Source of the DNA: Pseudotamlana carrageenivorans | GTDB lineage: Bacteria; Bacteroidota; Bacteroidia; Flavobacteriales; Flavobacteriaceae | Assembly (NCBI RefSeq): GCF_002893765.1 | Contig: NZ_CP025938.1 | Coordinates: 1,822,673 to 1,886,672, forward strand | Length of the DNA: 64,000 nucleotides | Reading direction: 5' to 3' | Translations under genes and position numbers: made by a program | The notes under the pieces: generated by a model | Seen by the model: the letters and a program-made list of their open reading frames with translations, nothing else | What the model was told of the DNA's origin: nothing | Database searches by the model: none | Shown here: piece by piece, positions 61,661 to 64,000 of the stretch | Position numbering within the stretch: position 1 is the first letter of the stretch | Layout of the letters: every line of letters starts with the position of its first letter

Positions 61661-63376
61661 ATGAAAAATATAAAAATCATATTTACACTTGTATCTGCGG
61701 CCTTTTTAGCTTTTACAAGTTGCGAAGATGCTCTTGATGTGGAAGCGTCAGATGCATTTGCAGAAGATCTAATCTACAGTGATCCCGCTCAAGTAGAACG
61801 CTTAGTGTATTCGGCATACAACAGTACAGAAAGCTGGGGAATTAACAAGTTTCAATGGTGGTCTAGACGTTTTAATATTGAAAACGCCTCTATGGAAGCC
61901 AAGTTTAATTTTAACGATTTAGACTTATTTAGACTTAGGGCAGGTTGGAATCCAGCAAACATAGGGGTTCTTAGTGATAAATGGCGTAACTATTGGAGTT
62001 ACGTGCGTTCTATTAATGAATTTTTAGATCGTGTTGACAACAGTAAGGCTATGCAAGACAGTCCTGATGAAGTACGTGTGTTAAAAGCCGAAATGCAGTT
62101 TTTACGTGCTAATCTTTACAGTAAACTTATCAAATTGTATGGCGGTGTGCCTATTATGGAATATGCTTTAGGGCTTGATGATAATTTTCAATTGGTAAGA
62201 AATTCATACGAGGAGTGTGTTGCCTTTATTGTACGTGATTTAGATGAAGCGGCAGCCGTTTTACCTGAAACTAGACCAGCAAACGAGTTTGGGCGTGCTA
62301 CAAAATTGTCGGCCCTAGCAGTGAAATCTAGAACGCTCTTGTATGCTGCAAGTGACTTGCATGATCCAGCTTTAGCACCTCAAGCGACCAATAAGGAGTT
62401 CTATACTTATTCTAAAGCTACAAAATGGCAAGATGCAGCCGATGCGGCTAAAGCTATTATCGATTTGGTTGGTGCTCGAGATCTAATTGCGGTGAGTAAC
62501 GAAAAAGAATATCAAGATTTGTTTTTATCGCCTAATCAAGACCTGCTTTTTGCTCGACCTTTTAGTGCTGCATATTACGATTTTGGTACCGATGTGAATT
62601 CGCTACCTAATCAAACGCAAGCACCTAGTGGCTACGGTGGTTGGGCTTTGTCGTCACCAACGCATAATCATGCCTTATTATACAATATGGACGATGGCTC
62701 TGCAACGACTTCTGGAAGCTATGACCCGAGTAACCCAAATGCTAATCGTGAAATGCGTTATTACGCTAATTTAAACTTTAACGGAGCCACGTTTAGAGGG
62801 CGTGAAGTGGAATACTTCCTCTCTGAAGATGTCAATGTATATCCGCATGGTTTAGATTCACCTGAAGGTTTAGGGAATGTTTTACACTCATCAAAAACAG
62901 GTTATAACTTGAGAAAGTTTCAAGATGAGAGTGTTGGTTTAACCGATGTGTCTCCAAGCCGTCCTTTTATTTTATACCGTTTAGCAGAAATATACTTGAA
63001 TTATGCAGAAGCGCAGTATCACTTAGGTAACGAGGCTGAAGCTAAAGTATTTCTGAATAAAATTGTAACTAGGGCCTTATTGCCTGCCGTTACTGCGAGT
63101 GGTACAGATCTTTTAGAGGCAATAAAAAGAGAAAGACGCATCGAGTTGGCTTTTGAAGGACATAATTTTTATGATGAAAGACGATGGATGGAAGAAGATA
63201 AATTAGGTTTTGAAGTAAAAGGTTTACAATGGACAAAACAGACCGATGGAAGTTTAGTAAATACCGAATATACGGTAGTAAACAGACCTTGGGAGGACAA
63301 ACAATATTATTTACCTATTCCTGCAACCGAAGTAGAAAAAGCACCTTCGTTATTGCAGAATGATGGATATCTTTAA
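61661..63376 (+). CDS. susD: SusD/RagB-family lipoprotein (second pair)
   Basis: Lipoprotein signal (…FTSCEDA); SusD-like TPR fold. Confidence 0.8.
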   Translation: MKNIKIIFTLVSAAFLAFTSCEDALDVEASDAFAEDLIYSDPAQVERLVYSAYNSTESWGINKFQWWSRRFNIENASMEAKFNFNDLDLFRLRAGWNPANIGVLSDKWRNYWSYVRSINEFLDRVDNSKAMQDSPDEVRVLKAEMQFLRANLYSKLIKLYGGVPIMEYALGLDDNFQLVRNSYEECVAFIVRDLDEAAAVLPETRPANEFGRATKLSALAVKSRTLLYAASDLHDPALAPQATNKEFYTYSKATKWQDAADAAKAIIDLVGARDLIAVSNEKEYQDLFLSPNQDLLFARPFSAAYYDFGTDVNSLPNQTQAPSGYGGWALSSPTHNHALLYNMDDGSATTSGSYDPSNPNANREMRYYANLNFNGATFRGREVEYFLSEDVNVYPHGLDSPEGLGNVLHSSKTGYNLRKFQDESVGLTDVSPSRPFILYRLAEIYLNYAEAQYHLGNEAEAKVFLNKIVTRALLPAVTASGTDLLEAIKRERRIELAFEGHNFYDERRWMEEDKLGFEVKGLQWTKQTDGSLVNTEYTVVNRPWEDKQYYLPIPATEVEKAPSLLQNDGYL

Positions 63377-63629
63377 TACCATGCTTTATTTAAACCGTAA
63401 ATAATAATTTACGTTTAATTATTAATTTGTTTAATTGGGAGATGCCGAGAACTTTTGTTCTCGGTATTTTTTTTGGCTGTAACAATGTGGTAAAATGCGA
63501 TTAGCAAGGGGTAAATTTCATTAATAATTAATAGGGGTTTTATGATTGTTTTGTATAAACTATATTTATAGGAATCACCAACGGTATGTTTGGGTGTCTT
63601 TTTCCGAGTCATACTAAAACTAACACTAT

Positions 63630-64000
63630 ATGAAATCTTTATTTTATACCTTATTTTTAACTTGTTTCTTTCAGGTTGTTAGTGCTCAAAAACAGCCTAA
63701 TATTATTTTGCTTTTTGCCGATGATGCCGGTTATGCCGATTTTGGCTTTCATGGTAGTAAAGTGATGATTACCCCAAATTTAGATAAGCTAGCCAAATCT
63801 GGAGTGCGTTTCCAGCAAGGATATGTTACCGATGCCACTTGTGGCCCCTCTAGAGCTGGTTTAATAACAGGGAAATATCAACAGCGTTTTGGTTACGGAG
63901 AAATTAATGTGCCTGGTTATATGAGTGAAAACTCTAAGTTTTTAGGCGACGATATGGGCTTGCCTTTAGATCAGGTAACCATGGCCGATTATTTGAAAAA
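63630..64000 (+). CDS. Sulfatase (formylglycine-dependent), partial at the 3' end
   Basis: Signal peptide; [18 protein letters not shown] and the formylglycine motif [13 protein letters not shown] (CxPxR). Confidence 0.75.
   Translation, partial: MKSLFYTLFLTCFFQVVSAQKQPNIILLFADDAGYADFGFHGSKVMITPNLDKLAKSGVRFQQGYVTDATCGPSRAGLITGKYQQRFGYGEINVPGYMSENSKFLGDDMGLPLDQVTMADYLK

Noticed and set aside
1-64000. CRISPR arrays, rRNA genes, prophage or integron structures
   Set aside because: No spacer-repeat arrays, ribosomal-RNA-like segments, integrase or attC-like sites were seen. The only tandem repeats are the simple repeats at 41590-41945 and the insertion-sequence terminal repeats.

Overview
This window looks like a Flavobacteriia-type (Bacteroidota) chromosome segment with three distinct parts. 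All calls come from reading the sequence and ORF track by eye; no database search was run.

- **1-14.3 kb, insertion-sequence-rich accessory region.** Starts with a partial clpP gene, a DUF58-like gene and tRNA-Asp. These are followed by an ISL3 element inserted into a second ISL3 copy, and then by a composite IS1-family-like element of about 6.1 kb carrying nested IS21, IS30 and IS256 insertions. The composite element landed at the start codon of one gene in a tandem array of three small acidic lipopeptide genes.
- **14.3-28 kb, mostly housekeeping.** The lipopeptide array sits upstream of a periplasmic-TPR sensor histidine kinase and a LuxR-type response regulator. The stretch also carries ruvC, hemW, a phnA-like gene, an M20 peptidase gene and others.
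- **28.2-39.5 kb, tRNA-Leu(TAG)-associated island.** The 3' end of the tRNA plus its terminator is repeated at the far boundary. The island contains an IS4-like element with a nested IS3 element. Its only cargo is a flotillin (SPFH) gene and a gene for a roughly 1620-aa coiled-coil AAA+ ATPase. The flotillin gene is clipped at its 5' end by the IS4 element. The ATPase gene is split by a second, identical IS256 copy with an intact target-site duplication.
- **39.5-64 kb, sulfated-galactan utilisation locus (carrageenan or agar type).** Two SusC/SusD pairs, two GH16 genes (one with a T9SS C-terminal sorting domain), an aldehyde dehydrogenase, an enolase-superfamily cycloisomerase, a KDG-type kinase, a KDPG-type aldolase, an AraC regulator and a sulfatase.

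Several frameshifts sit in homopolymer tracts, so some apparent pseudogenes may be assembly errors. No CRISPR array, rRNA gene or prophage was seen.
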